The notes under the pieces: model-generated
The model's input: the letters and a program-made list of their open reading frames with translations, nothing else
Told to the model about the DNA's origin: nothing
Databases searched by the model: none
Origin: Deltaproteobacteria bacterium
Lineage (GTDB): Bacteria > Myxococcota_A > Bradymonadia > REDH01
DNA: 64,000 bases
Direction: 5' to 3'
NCBI GenBank assembly: GCA_007693585.1
Contig: REDH01000089.1
Location: forward strand, 21,323-85,322
Shown: piece after piece, positions 20,505 through 31,409 of the stretch
Layout: every line of letters starts with the position of its first letter
Position numbering within the stretch: the first letter of the stretch is position 1
Position numbers and translations under genes: made by a program

Positions 20505-21080
20505 GTGAGCGAGATCATCGTCGGCCTCGAGCCATCCATCAGCGTCTGCGAGAATCTTCTGCTGGTTCAGGAGGAGCTTTCGGCTCCCCTGCACCAGCTC
20601 GGCGTGGAGCCCCGATGGACACCCGCCGAGGATCTCCGTCTCGTCCTGCTCCGGTGGCGGAACGTCGACGCGGACGCGGTCAGGCTGTTCACGGAGCAGC
20701 TTCGGGTGGTGTGCTCCACCGAGCCGGAGGGCCGTTTCTCGGTCTCCGGTGTCGGGTTCGCACCTTCGGAGGAGGTTCCACGCCTCCTGCTCGCCGAGGT
20801 CGAGGCCGGCGATGCGCTGCGCAGGCTTCGCGAGCGCCTGGGGGCGGCGGCCGGCGCCGTGGGGCTCGGCTCGGCGGCCGCGTGGCGCCCGGCGATGCGA
20901 CTGGGCAGGATGAGCACTCCGACCCGGTTCATGGAGCTCCGCGGGATCGCGAGGAGCTGGGCGCAGGTGGAGGGGTGGGAGAGCCTCGTCCGCGAGGTGG
21001 TGATCTGGCGCTCGTCGGGACGCACGTCCGCTCCCTGGGCACCGGTTCATGCACGGGTTCGGCTCGGCACGGGTCAATGA
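20505..21080 (+). CDS. 2H phosphoesterase/ThpR (LigT)-like protein with degenerate HxT motifs
   Basis: Size, cinA-X-recA synteny and pattern (PRWTPAEDLRLVL, GVGFAP...PRLLLA, WRPAMRLGR) match ThpR, but both HxT motifs are replaced; start GTG 20505. Confidence 0.7.
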   Translation: MSEIIVGLEPSISVCENLLLVQEELSAPLHQLGVEPRWTPAEDLRLVLLRWRNVDADAVRLFTEQLRVVCSTEPEGRFSVSGVGFAPSEEVPRLLLAEVEAGDALRRLRERLGAAAGAVGLGSAAAWRPAMRLGRMSTPTRFMELRGIARSWAQVEGWESLVREVVIWRSSGRTSAPWAPVHARVRLGTGQ

Positions 21081-21185
21081 TCGCCGGGCCTTCGGTGTCC
21101 GGCACGAGGCGGCGTGCAACGGGCGCATGACCGATCCGATACCGCGCCCGTTGCGAAGGACCTTGCGGGCAGCTTCGCGGCATGA

Positions 21186-21205
21186 TACTGCACACGCGCT
21201 CAGTA
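21186..21205 (+). promoter_or_regulatory. LexA (SOS) box upstream of recA
   Basis: TACTG-CACACGCGCT-CAGTA (CTG-N10-CAG); CTGCACACGCGCTCAGT matches 15/17 of the Myxococcus LexA consensus CTRHAMRYBYGTTCAGS as I recall it; 42 bp upstream of the recA ATG. Confidence 0.75.
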
Positions 21206-21247
21206 CCTCATGGGCGCACCGACCCAACAGGAGCAGGAGGACGACGC

Positions 21248-22291
21248 ATGGCGGACAGGACTTCGGAGAAGCGAAAGGCTGTGGATCTGACACTGAAGAG
21301 TGTGGAGAAGCAGTTCGGCAAGGGCGCGATCCTTCGCCTTGGGGATGAGGGGGCGCTGGTACCGGCGATCACCACCATTCCCACGGGAGCGATCAGCCTG
21401 GACGTGGCCTCGGGCGTGGGTGGTTTTCCTCGTGGCCGTATCGTGGAGATCTATGGTCCGGAGTCGTCCGGCAAGACGACTCTGACGCTGCATGCGATCG
21501 CGGAAGCGCAGCGGGCCGGTGGCATCGCGGCGTTCATTGACGCCGAGCATGCGCTCGACGTGAATTACGCGCGGGCACTCGGTGTGGATGTGGACGAGCT
21601 TCTCGTCAGCCAGCCGGATACGGGTGAGCAGGCCCTGGAGATTGCGGACATGCTGGTCCGTTCGAACGCGATCGACCTTGTGGTGATCGATTCCGTGGCC
21701 GCCCTGACCCCGAAGGCGGAGATCGAGGGAGAGATGGGCGATTCGCACGTGGGGCTTCAGGCTCGCCTGATGAGTCAGGCCCTTCGCAAGCTCACGGGAA
21801 CGCTGAGCAAGTCGAATACCTGCCTGATCTTCATCAATCAGATCCGCCTGAAGATCGGGGTGATGTTCGGCAGCCCGGAGACGACGTCGGGCGGCAATGC
21901 GCTGAAGTTCTATGCGTCCATGCGCATGGACATCCGCCGGATCGCCGCGCTCAAGGACGGCAACGAGATCGTGGGCAACCGGACGCGCGTGAAGTTCGTG
22001 AAGAACAAGGTTGCGCCTCCGTTCCGGGAAGCCGAGTTCGACATCATGTACGGCAAGGGCATCTCTCGCGAAGGGGACCTGCTGGATCTCGGCGCCGATC
22101 TGGGCGTGGTGGACAAGAGCGGTGCCTGGTACTCGTACAACGGAGAGCGGCTCGGTCAGGGGCGGGAGAACGCGAAGACGTTCCTGACGGAGAATCCGGC
22201 CATCGCGCGCGAGATCGAGCTCCAGATCAGGGCCCACTTCGGCCTCACCGACGCATCCACGGAAGCGGCGGAGACGGAGGAGGCGGGCTGA
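21248..22291 (+). CDS. recA: recombinase RecA
   Basis: [65 protein letters not shown]. Confidence 0.99.
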   Translation: MADRTSEKRKAVDLTLKSVEKQFGKGAILRLGDEGALVPAITTIPTGAISLDVASGVGGFPRGRIVEIYGPESSGKTTLTLHAIAEAQRAGGIAAFIDAEHALDVNYARALGVDVDELLVSQPDTGEQALEIADMLVRSNAIDLVVIDSVAALTPKAEIEGEMGDSHVGLQARLMSQALRKLTGTLSKSNTCLIFINQIRLKIGVMFGSPETTSGGNALKFYASMRMDIRRIAALKDGNEIVGNRTRVKFVKNKVAPPFREAEFDIMYGKGISREGDLLDLGADLGVVDKSGAWYSYNGERLGQGRENAKTFLTENPAIAREIELQIRAHFGLTDASTEAAETEEAG

Positions 22292-22613
22292 GCCGCGCGG
22301 GGGGTCCGCTGCGCTGCGCTGCGAACAGCGCAAGTGCACCGCGGCGCCATCGTGGATCCGGGCACTCCTCGTCCGCCTGGGACCGTGACCCGCACGGGCC
22401 ATGGCGACGAGCCTTCCGCCCGGTGCGCGGTCCATGGCTTCATTCGGGAAGACAGACACCGTCGGATGCGCTAGGCTGGAGGGGACAGGTGTCGACATGC
22501 GCCGAGCGTTCGTGCTGTGACCGGAGCGAACTGCGGCGGCGCTGGCGTCTCGCGACGGAGCGACAACCTCGCATAGCCTCGAGTCGCGCCGTTTCCCGTT
22601 CAAGGCATGGGCC

Positions 22614-23771
22614 ATGGCCATCGATCTGAACCAGATTCTGGATGTTGCAGTCCGTGGAGGCGCGAGCGACATCCACCTCAAGGCCGGCCTCCCGCCGATG
22701 TTTCGTGTCAACGGGCGATTGCTGCCACTGAAGGACGCGAGACGGCTGACGCCGGAGCTGGTGGCGTCCACCGCGCTCGAGATCATGAGCCCCCTTCAGC
22801 AGGAGCTGTTCAAGCAGCGACTCGACATCGACTTCGCCTACGGCGTGGCCGGGGTGGGGCGGTTCCGCGTCAATGTGTTCCAGCAGCGCTCGACGTTCGG
22901 GATGGTCCTCCGCGTGATCCCGCACAAGGTCCCCAGCGCGGAGGACCTGCTGCTTCCGAAGAGCATCCTGCAGCTCGCCGAGGAGCGGCGGGGACTGATC
23001 CTCGTGACCGGTGCGACCGGCTCGGGCAAGTCGACGACCCTGGCGTCGATGATCGAGCACATCAACAGCACTCGGACGACCCACATCATCACCATTGAGG
23101 ATCCGATCGAGTTCCTCATTCGGGATCGTCGCTCCCTCGTGAACCAGCGGGAGATCGGTTCCGACTGCCACTCCTTCTCCAACGCGCTGCGTGCGGCCCT
23201 GCGCCAGGACCCGGACGTGATCATGGTCGGCGAGATGCGTGACCTCGAGACCATGGAGATCGCGCTGACGGCCGCCGAGACGGGACACCTCGTGCTGTCG
23301 ACACTTCACACGACCGAGGCGGCCGAGACGATCACCCGTGTGGTATCCTCCTTCCCGTCCCATCAGCAGAAGACCGTCCGTTTGCAGCTTGCCGGCATCC
23401 TCAAGGGAGTCGTTTCGCAACGGCTGGTGCCCCGGGCCGATGCCCGCGGTCGAGTCCCTGCCGTGGAGCTCATGGTGAACACGGCGCGAATGAAGGAGCT
23501 GATCCTCGACGAGGACAGGTTCCGCGAGATCACGGGTGCCATCGCCAGCGGCCAGGACGCGTACGGGATGCAGACCTTCGATCAGTCCCTGATTCACCTG
23601 ATGGAACGGGGCCACATCACGTACGAGGAGGCGCTGGCCCAGGCGAGCAACCCGGACGATCTTGCGCTCCGCCTGTCCGGCGTGGAAGAAGGAACGAGTA
23701 CAGGGTGGGGCGGAATGCTCGAACAGGGTGGTCCGCACTCCCCGGGTTCGCCTCCCAAACGTCAGGCATGA
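22614..23771 (+). CDS. pilT: PilT/PilU-family retraction ATPase
   Basis: ASDIHL, GATGSGKSTT, TIEDPIE, NQREIG, LRQDPDVIMVGEMRD, AETGHLVLSTLHT, GMQTFDQSL; the AIRNLIRE helix is diverged (RMKELILD), suggesting a paralog. Confidence 0.92.
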   Translation: MAIDLNQILDVAVRGGASDIHLKAGLPPMFRVNGRLLPLKDARRLTPELVASTALEIMSPLQQELFKQRLDIDFAYGVAGVGRFRVNVFQQRSTFGMVLRVIPHKVPSAEDLLLPKSILQLAEERRGLILVTGATGSGKSTTLASMIEHINSTRTTHIITIEDPIEFLIRDRRSLVNQREIGSDCHSFSNALRAALRQDPDVIMVGEMRDLETMEIALTAAETGHLVLSTLHTTEAAETITRVVSSFPSHQQKTVRLQLAGILKGVVSQRLVPRADARGRVPAVELMVNTARMKELILDEDRFREITGAIASGQDAYGMQTFDQSLIHLMERGHITYEEALAQASNPDDLALRLSGVEEGTSTGWGGMLEQGGPHSPGSPPKRQA

Positions 23772-24598
23772 GTTTCGTGCGTCATCTTCCCTTCGCGTTC
23801 ATCCTGGTTGCGCTGGTCCTGACGTCATCGACTCCGGGATTCGGCCAGAATGCAGTTGTCGCTTCCGGGTCCACCCCAACGGCAAGCTGGTTCGACGTGG
23901 GGGTGCACCCGATGCTGTCCTCACGCAGCCTGACCATCGACGGTGACTCCGGGCGACTTGACTATCAGGCCCCCTTGCAGCCCGGCCTGGCCCTGCGTGC
24001 CAGCGTCCATCCCCTGGCGATCGCCATTCCCGACCAGGCCTGGGCCGCTCCGCTCAGCATCCGCGCAGACATCAGCCGCCATTCGCTTCTTTCGGAGGTC
24101 GACTACCGGTCCGGCGGGAGGGTCTACATGGTCGACGTACCGACGCGCTTCACGACCTCACGGTTCGGGCTCGGATACGACATTGCACTCGGCCCGCAGG
24201 CCACCCTCTCGCCCACGCTCGGCCTGCAACAGCTGAGCTGGAGTCTGGGCTACAATCCACGACTCCAGAGTTCCTATTACCGCAGCCTCGAGTTCGGGCT
24301 CGCCGGTCGAATCTCCACGGGCAGCCTGATCCAGTGGCATGGACAACTGCACCTGCGCCCCGGAGTCGACCCGGGAAGCACCGCACAGTCGTTCGGTAAC
24401 GCAAGTTCCGGCTTCGGCCTTGCCCTGGCGCTCGGTGGACAGATCATGCTCCCGCATGGCCTCTATCTGGATGCACGGTGGCTCTTCCAGCATTTCTCCC
24501 TCGAGTACACCCTCGTCGAAGGGAACACGGTCGTGGCGCGCAATGACGCCACCGATCGCTTTCACTCCCTGTCCCTTGGCGTCGGCTTCCGGTACTAG
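23768..24598 (+). CDS. putative outer-membrane beta-barrel protein
   Basis: Signal peptide, alternating amphipathic strands, C-terminal beta-signal-like LSLGVGFRY; ATGA overlap with the pilT stop. Confidence 0.75.
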   Translation: MSFVRHLPFAFILVALVLTSSTPGFGQNAVVASGSTPTASWFDVGVHPMLSSRSLTIDGDSGRLDYQAPLQPGLALRASVHPLAIAIPDQAWAAPLSIRADISRHSLLSEVDYRSGGRVYMVDVPTRFTTSRFGLGYDIALGPQATLSPTLGLQQLSWSLGYNPRLQSSYYRSLEFGLAGRISTGSLIQWHGQLHLRPGVDPGSTAQSFGNASSGFGLALALGGQIMLPHGLYLDARWLFQHFSLEYTLVEGNTVVARNDATDRFHSLSLGVGFRY

Positions 24599-24645
24599 GA
24601 AGCGTGCGGGCGCCTGCCCATTCCTCCTCGTCCTGGAGAGTTCGC

Positions 24646-26004
24646 GTGAGCGACAACACGAACGCACCGGCCCGCGCCTCCATCAACGCCAGGTTGACCC
24701 GATTCGCCTCGGAAGATGACTTCGTGGCGGGCTACCATCCCTACTTCGTGCGCGGCGGAATGCTTCTGAAGAGTCGCAGTCCGCTGCCCGTGGGGACCGA
24801 CATCACGTTTCAGGTCCGGATTGCCGACGATCAGGTCGTGATGACGGGCGAGGGGCGCATCAAGCAGCATCGCCGCGATGCGGAGGGCAAGCCGGTCGCC
24901 GCAGTCATCCAGTTCACCCGGCTCGATCGCAGCAGCAAGGCACTCTATGATCGCATGATCGCCGCGCGGCAGGAGAATCCGAGACTCTCCGGCCCCCACG
25001 CAGCCGTCACCGGCCCTTCTCCGGCGGTCTCCACGAGCGCAAGGGCGGAGAGAGCGCCGGCGAAGTCGCTGACGGCCGCGAGCAAGCCTTCCGACGAGAA
25101 GGCCGATCTGGGTGGCTTTGCCGACGAGCTGGCATCTTCCCTCGACTCGATCTTCGACGAGATCGGCGGGGGAACATCGGGCTCGTTCTCCGCGGTCGAA
25201 GAGCCATCGGGCCCGAGCCTCTCCGGACGCGAAGACCGGCGCACCGGCGATCACACGCCGCCAGGCGGTTCGACGTCCACCCTCTTCGGGCTCCCTCGCT
25301 TCGCGGAAGGCCAGGAGGCGGCGCGGCTGCGCGACGAGATGGGACGCCCGGCCACCGTGTCCGGCATCCCTGCAAGCCCTGGCGGGCAGGCCGAGCCGGC
25401 GTTCGAGACCCCACTTCCGAGCCCCCCCCCTGCAGCTCCGGCTGAGGAAACGCAGACCACAGGCGGCGAGAACACCGATTCCGATCTGTCCCTCGACGAG
25501 GCGCTCGATCTGCTCGGCCATGCCGATGATGACGGGGTCGACGCCGACGGAGCCGATGCCGCAGCAGAGGAGGCGATCGCCAGCGCGCCGGAGCAGCTCC
25601 CGACCCTGTCGCCCGATGCTACGGATCTCCACCGCGACACGGTCCCGGACATGCCCGTCGACGAGTCGCTGCGCGAAGCGGGCCCAGCGCAGGGAGCCGC
25701 ACGGAGTGCGTCCCAGATCGATACGGCCCGTCACGACGTCTCGGCTCTACTGCGTTCGTTGACGGGCGAGCACGAAGCGGTCCCCACCGCTCCCTCGATG
25801 CCCGACATCGCCTCCATCGGCGCCGGCCACGCCGAGGAAGGCGGCCCGACGACACAGGACGGGAGCGCCGCCGAGGACGAGGACGCGCTTCTCGCTGCCG
25901 TGGTCGGGGAGGACGAAGGCACCTCGCCCGAGGGCAGCGAGGAGGGTGCCGAGGACGAAGAGCCGAAGAAGAAGGGATTCTGGTCCCGACTCTTCGGCAA
26001 GTAG
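24646..26004 (+). CDS. PilZ-like (TIGR02266-like) domain protein with acidic disordered region and C-terminal amphipathic helix
   Basis: RFASEDDFVAGY...RGGMLLKSRSPLPVGTDITFQV...GEGRI; D/E/P/A-rich middle; ends KKKGFWSRLFGK; GGAGAG RBS before GTG 24646. Confidence 0.75.
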   Translation: MSDNTNAPARASINARLTRFASEDDFVAGYHPYFVRGGMLLKSRSPLPVGTDITFQVRIADDQVVMTGEGRIKQHRRDAEGKPVAAVIQFTRLDRSSKALYDRMIAARQENPRLSGPHAAVTGPSPAVSTSARAERAPAKSLTAASKPSDEKADLGGFADELASSLDSIFDEIGGGTSGSFSAVEEPSGPSLSGREDRRTGDHTPPGGSTSTLFGLPRFAEGQEAARLRDEMGRPATVSGIPASPGGQAEPAFETPLPSPPPAAPAEETQTTGGENTDSDLSLDEALDLLGHADDDGVDADGADAAAEEAIASAPEQLPTLSPDATDLHRDTVPDMPVDESLREAGPAQGAARSASQIDTARHDVSALLRSLTGEHEAVPTAPSMPDIASIGAGHAEEGGPTTQDGSAAEDEDALLAAVVGEDEGTSPEGSEEGAEDEEPKKKGFWSRLFGK

Positions 26005-26111
26005 CGATTCGGCAGCACGCCGGATGAGCCAGGCGCTCCTGTCGTTCGGCTCCTCGCGGTGATGGTGGCGCCGAGGGGTGTTTCGGCAGGCTACCGGAAC
26101 GCGGGAGCACT

Positions 26112-27386
26112 TCAGGGGTCGAGCGCCTTGCCAATGTCCTGGCGCAGAGACATGCCAGCGAACCGGATCAGCTCTGTGCCTGCGTAGGCCCGGCGAACCG
26201 CGGTTTCGGGCGAGTCACCGACCGCAGTGACGCCGAGTACTCGTCCCCCTGCCGTCACCAGCTTGTCCTCTTGCACCTGCGTGCCCGCGTGAAAGACCTT
26301 CACGCCGGCAAGCGCTTCGGCCTGTTCGATGCCGGTGATTTCATCGCCCTTTCGCGGCGAGACAGGATATCCCTCGGCTGCCAGAACGACGACAGCGGCG
26401 GCCCTTTCGGGGCCGAAGCCGTCCGGGTTCAGGCGCCCCCGGGCAGCGGACCGGAGGAGTGGAACCGGGTCGTTTGCAAGCGACGCGAGGAGAACCTGCG
26501 TCTCGGGGTCGCCCAGCCGGGCGTTGAACTCGAGCACACGAGGGCCCTGCTCGGTGAGCATGAGTCCTGCGTAGAGGAAGCCCCGGAAGTCGATCCCACG
26601 GCGGCGCAACTCGGCCAGGGTCGGCTCGATCACCTCGCGCTCGATCCGCTCCGCCAGTTCACGCGAGACGAACGGGGCCGGGCTGAATGCGCCCATTCCA
26701 CCGGTGTTCGGGCCCTGATCTCCGTCGAGTAGCCGTTTGTGGTCCTGCGAGGTGGGGAGCGCAGCAAAGCGCTCGCCGTCCGTGAGCACGATGTAGCTCG
26801 TCTCGACGCCTTGCAGTCGCTCCTCGAGGACGAGCGCATCTCCCGCCGAGCCGAACGGACGCTCCCGCAGCAGCCGCAGCGCCACCTCGCGCGCCTCGGT
26901 TGCGGAGTCACAGACGATGACCCCCTTCCCTGCGGCCAGGCCATCCACCTTGACGACCAGCGCGCCGTCACCCCACGTCTCGATGAAGCGATCCACCTCC
27001 TCGGGAGACTGCACCCTTGCGAACCGGGCGGTGGGGACACCCGCTGCGATCATGACCTCCTTCGCGAAGGCCTTCGAACCTTCGAGGACTGCACCCTGCT
27101 TGCCGGGTCCGACCACATCGATTCCGTGGTCGCGAAGCCGGTCGGCAAGCCCGGACATCAGCGCCGCTTCGGGACCGATCACGACGAGTTCAACGCCGCG
27201 CTGCACGCAATGTTCGGTGACCGACTTCGCATCACCCGGGTCGAGCTCAACGCAGGTGACCCCGGGCTCCCGAGCGATCCCGGGGTTTCCGGGGATGGCG
27301 ATGACCTCCTCGACCAACGGACTGAGGCCCAGCTTCCAGACGAGGGCGTGCTCACGCCCGCCACTCCCGATGACTGCAGTGATCAT
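26112..27386 (-). CDS. purD: phosphoribosylamine--glycine ligase
   Basis: [59 protein letters not shown]. Confidence 0.97.
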   Translation of the reverse strand: MITAVIGSGGREHALVWKLGLSPLVEEVIAIPGNPGIAREPGVTCVELDPGDAKSVTEHCVQRGVELVVIGPEAALMSGLADRLRDHGIDVVGPGKQGAVLEGSKAFAKEVMIAAGVPTARFARVQSPEEVDRFIETWGDGALVVKVDGLAAGKGVIVCDSATEAREVALRLLRERPFGSAGDALVLEERLQGVETSYIVLTDGERFAALPTSQDHKRLLDGDQGPNTGGMGAFSPAPFVSRELAERIEREVIEPTLAELRRRGIDFRGFLYAGLMLTEQGPRVLEFNARLGDPETQVLLASLANDPVPLLRSAARGRLNPDGFGPERAAAVVVLAAEGYPVSPRKGDEITGIEQAEALAGVKVFHAGTQVQEDKLVTAGGRVLGVTAVGDSPETAVRRAYAGTELIRFAGMSLRQDIGKALDP

Positions 27387-27425
27387 GACTTCCCCACTCC
27401 ATGGTGTTGACCGTCGCCGTCGCGC

Positions 27426-28979
<1,554 letters not shown>

Positions 28980-29030
28980 GATGCCAGGCTCAGCGTAGGG
29001 AGAAGGGGAGCGCGAGCACGGTGTGCCCGT

Positions 29031-29492
29031 TCAGGAGCCATCCTCGTTTCCGAGGAGCTCGTCGTACTCCGACTGGAGCTTGTCGAGGCCGAGCGCCTCG
29101 ACCTGCCGGATGCGCTCGCGAGTCAGGTTGAGGATTTCCCCGACCTCCTCGAGGGTGATGCCGCCACGGTCCGCGATGTCGAGGGCGCAGGTCTCGCTCA
29201 TTTCCCACACTTCACGGTCCGGGAAGTTGAGCTTGATGGAGCCGGACTCGGGGTTCACGTCGAGGTACAGGTGAAACTTGCAGGAGACCCATGGACAGGG
29301 CCGTGGTCCATCGACGCACTCGCTGCGCGTGCTGGGTCGCAAGTGCTCGACGGCGCCGAGGATGTCCTCCGCCTCCTCGAGTTCGTGTGTGGTCAGGCGT
29401 CTGGCCACGAGGGTCTTGGACCGGCGCAGTCCCTTTCGGGCCTTTCGAGCCGCTACCCCTGTGGGAGTCATGCCTTTCTTGCGGTCCACCAT
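29031..29492 (-). CDS. stand-alone sigma70 region-4 HTH protein with Cys/His cluster
   Basis: C-terminal [21 protein letters not shown] matches RpoD-type region 4.2; upstream C-x6-C-x4-C-x2-H...C; no sigma region 2; GGAAGG RBS before ATG 29492. Confidence 0.8.
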   Translation of the reverse strand: MVDRKKGMTPTGVAARKARKGLRRSKTLVARRLTTHELEEAEDILGAVEHLRPSTRSECVDGPRPCPWVSCKFHLYLDVNPESGSIKLNFPDREVWEMSETCALDIADRGGITLEEVGEILNLTRERIRQVEALGLDKLQSEYDELLGNEDGS

Positions 29493-29532
29493 CGACTGTC
29501 CTTCCTCCCTCGGGCGCCGGCCCATGCGCAGG

Positions 29533-29562
29533 GGTGTACCGAGCGGCGGATCAGCTTGTCAA
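29533..29562 (-). promoter_or_regulatory. candidate sigma70 promoter for the sigma4 protein-purH-purD run
   Basis: Minus strand TTGACA-N18-TACACC. Confidence 0.45.
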
Positions 29563-29621
29563 CAGCGACTGCGGGCGCGTGTCCACAAGGCGCTCGGGAG
29601 GGGGTGTTCGCGCAGCACGCC

Positions 29622-30650
29622 TCAGGGCGCTCCGGAGTCGAGGAGACGCGCACCGGGGGTCTCCACGAGGCCTTCCAGCGAGTAGCCGGGCTTGTGCTCG
29701 AAGTGGTGCTCCGCGGAAATCCTGCGCAGTGTGCCGGACTTCTTCCGCATGACGATGGAGTCCGTCTCGCACCCGTTCCCCTTGAAGCGAACCCCCCGGA
29801 GCATGTCGCCGCTGGTGACCCCGGTGGCCGAGAAGAGGATCTCTCCGTGGGCCAGCGCGTCGAGATCAAACACGGCGTGGATGTCTCGCTCTGCGCCGAG
29901 CATGTGCCGGGCGCGCTCCTGTTCGCGTTCGTTGCGAAACACGAGCCGCCCCTGCATGTCTCCGCCGATGCACTGCAGCGCTGCGGCGGCGAGCACGCCT
30001 TCCGGAGCACCTCCGGTTCCGATGAGCATGTCGATTCCCGTGCTGTCGTCGACCGTGGCGATGGCGGCCTGTACGTCGCCATCGTCGATCAGGCGGATCC
30101 GCGCGCCCGTCGCCCGCACTTCGGCGATGAGTTCGGCGTGGCGCGGTCGATCGAGAATCACGACGGTGAGGTCGTCAACGTCGACCCCTCTGGCCTCGGC
30201 GAGTCTGTGTACGTTCTCGCGAGCGGGACGGGTGATGTCGATCACTCCCCTTCCCGACGGGCCGACAGCGATCTTCTGCATGTAGCAGTCAGGGGCATGC
30301 ATGAGGCAGCCCGCCGGAGCCATGGCCACGACGGCGAGTGCGCCTGGGCGTCCGTAGGCGCAGAGGGAGGTTCCTTCCAGGGGGTCCAGGGCGATGTCCA
30401 TCTGGGGGTGCCCGGACTCGGCCCTGCCCACGCGCTCGCCGATGTAGAGCATCGGCGCCTCGTCCCGTTCGCCCTCTCCGATCACGATCGTGCCGTCGAT
30501 GTCCATCCCGCCGAATGCGGCACGCATGGCGCCTACCGCGGCTTCGTCGGATGCCGTGGCATCGCCCCGCCCCATGGTGCGGGCGGCGTGTATTGCAGCG
30601 GCTTCCGTGACGCGGACGAGTTCAAGGGCGAGGTTGCGGTCGAGCGTCAT
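29622..30650 (-). CDS. glpX: fructose-1,6-bisphosphatase class II
   Basis: [55 protein letters not shown]. Confidence 0.96.
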   Translation of the reverse strand: MTLDRNLALELVRVTEAAAIHAARTMGRGDATASDEAAVGAMRAAFGGMDIDGTIVIGEGERDEAPMLYIGERVGRAESGHPQMDIALDPLEGTSLCAYGRPGALAVVAMAPAGCLMHAPDCYMQKIAVGPSGRGVIDITRPARENVHRLAEARGVDVDDLTVVILDRPRHAELIAEVRATGARIRLIDDGDVQAAIATVDDSTGIDMLIGTGGAPEGVLAAAALQCIGGDMQGRLVFRNEREQERARHMLGAERDIHAVFDLDALAHGEILFSATGVTSGDMLRGVRFKGNGCETDSIVMRKKSGTLRRISAEHHFEHKPGYSLEGLVETPGARLLDSGAP

Positions 30651-30760
30651 GATGGTTTCCCCGGGCCGGAGTCTACGGTAGCGGGGGACCCGTTCCTGGC
30701 CTGCTGCCTTCTCTGGTCGGCTGGCCGCCCCCCGGTCGTCGGGCGCGGATAAAGCACGCC

Positions 30761-31387
30761 ATGCTCATTGATGCAATCGTCCTGACCGCGCTGGTGCTCG
30801 CCGCACTCCACGGCTTTCGGCGCGGAGCCCTCGCACCGTTGCTGCTTCTTGTCGCGACCGTCGTCTCCGTGCTCTCCGCTCCGGCGCTCGGTGTCGTGGT
30901 TGCGCCGCTTCTGGCTGGCCTCGCTCCCGCGGCTGCGCCGGCCAGCGTGACCGCGCTCTCCACGCTCGCCGCGGGCCTCCTCCTGTACGCCCTGATGGCG
31001 CTGGGCATCGGCACCGGCGTGAGGCTCATCCGCTCGGGTGGCTGCCTGATTCGCCTGTTCGACGGTGTGGTTGGTCTCTTCTTCGGCATGTTGCGCGGCC
31101 TGGTGCTGCTCGGTCTGGCCGTATGGCTGCTCGGCTGGTGGGCTGCGCTTCCTGCGGATGCGGAGGAGCATGCCGCCGCACGGACGCTGCGTGCGCAGGC
31201 CGAGGCGAGCCTCGTGACCCGAGTGACCCGTGGAGTGGTTCCCGACGCAGCCACCGGTGTGCTCGCCGATGCGCTCCGCAGTCGAACGCCGGCGCGATCT
31301 GCCGAAGAGTCCACTCCCACGCTTCACCTCGCGGATCCGGACGCGGAGGACGAGCGGCTCCGCCAGGAGAACCCGACCGTTCGATGA
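30761..31387 (+). CDS. CvpA family membrane protein
   Basis: MLIDAIV...GFRRG, later DGVVGLFFGMLRG; four TM helices. Confidence 0.75.
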   Translation: MLIDAIVLTALVLAALHGFRRGALAPLLLLVATVVSVLSAPALGVVVAPLLAGLAPAAAPASVTALSTLAAGLLLYALMALGIGTGVRLIRSGGCLIRLFDGVVGLFFGMLRGLVLLGLAVWLLGWWAALPADAEEHAAARTLRAQAEASLVTRVTRGVVPDAATGVLADALRSRTPARSAEESTPTLHLADPDAEDERLRQENPTVR

Positions 31388-31409
31388 TCGTGCCCGGTCT
31401 GCGCAGTCT

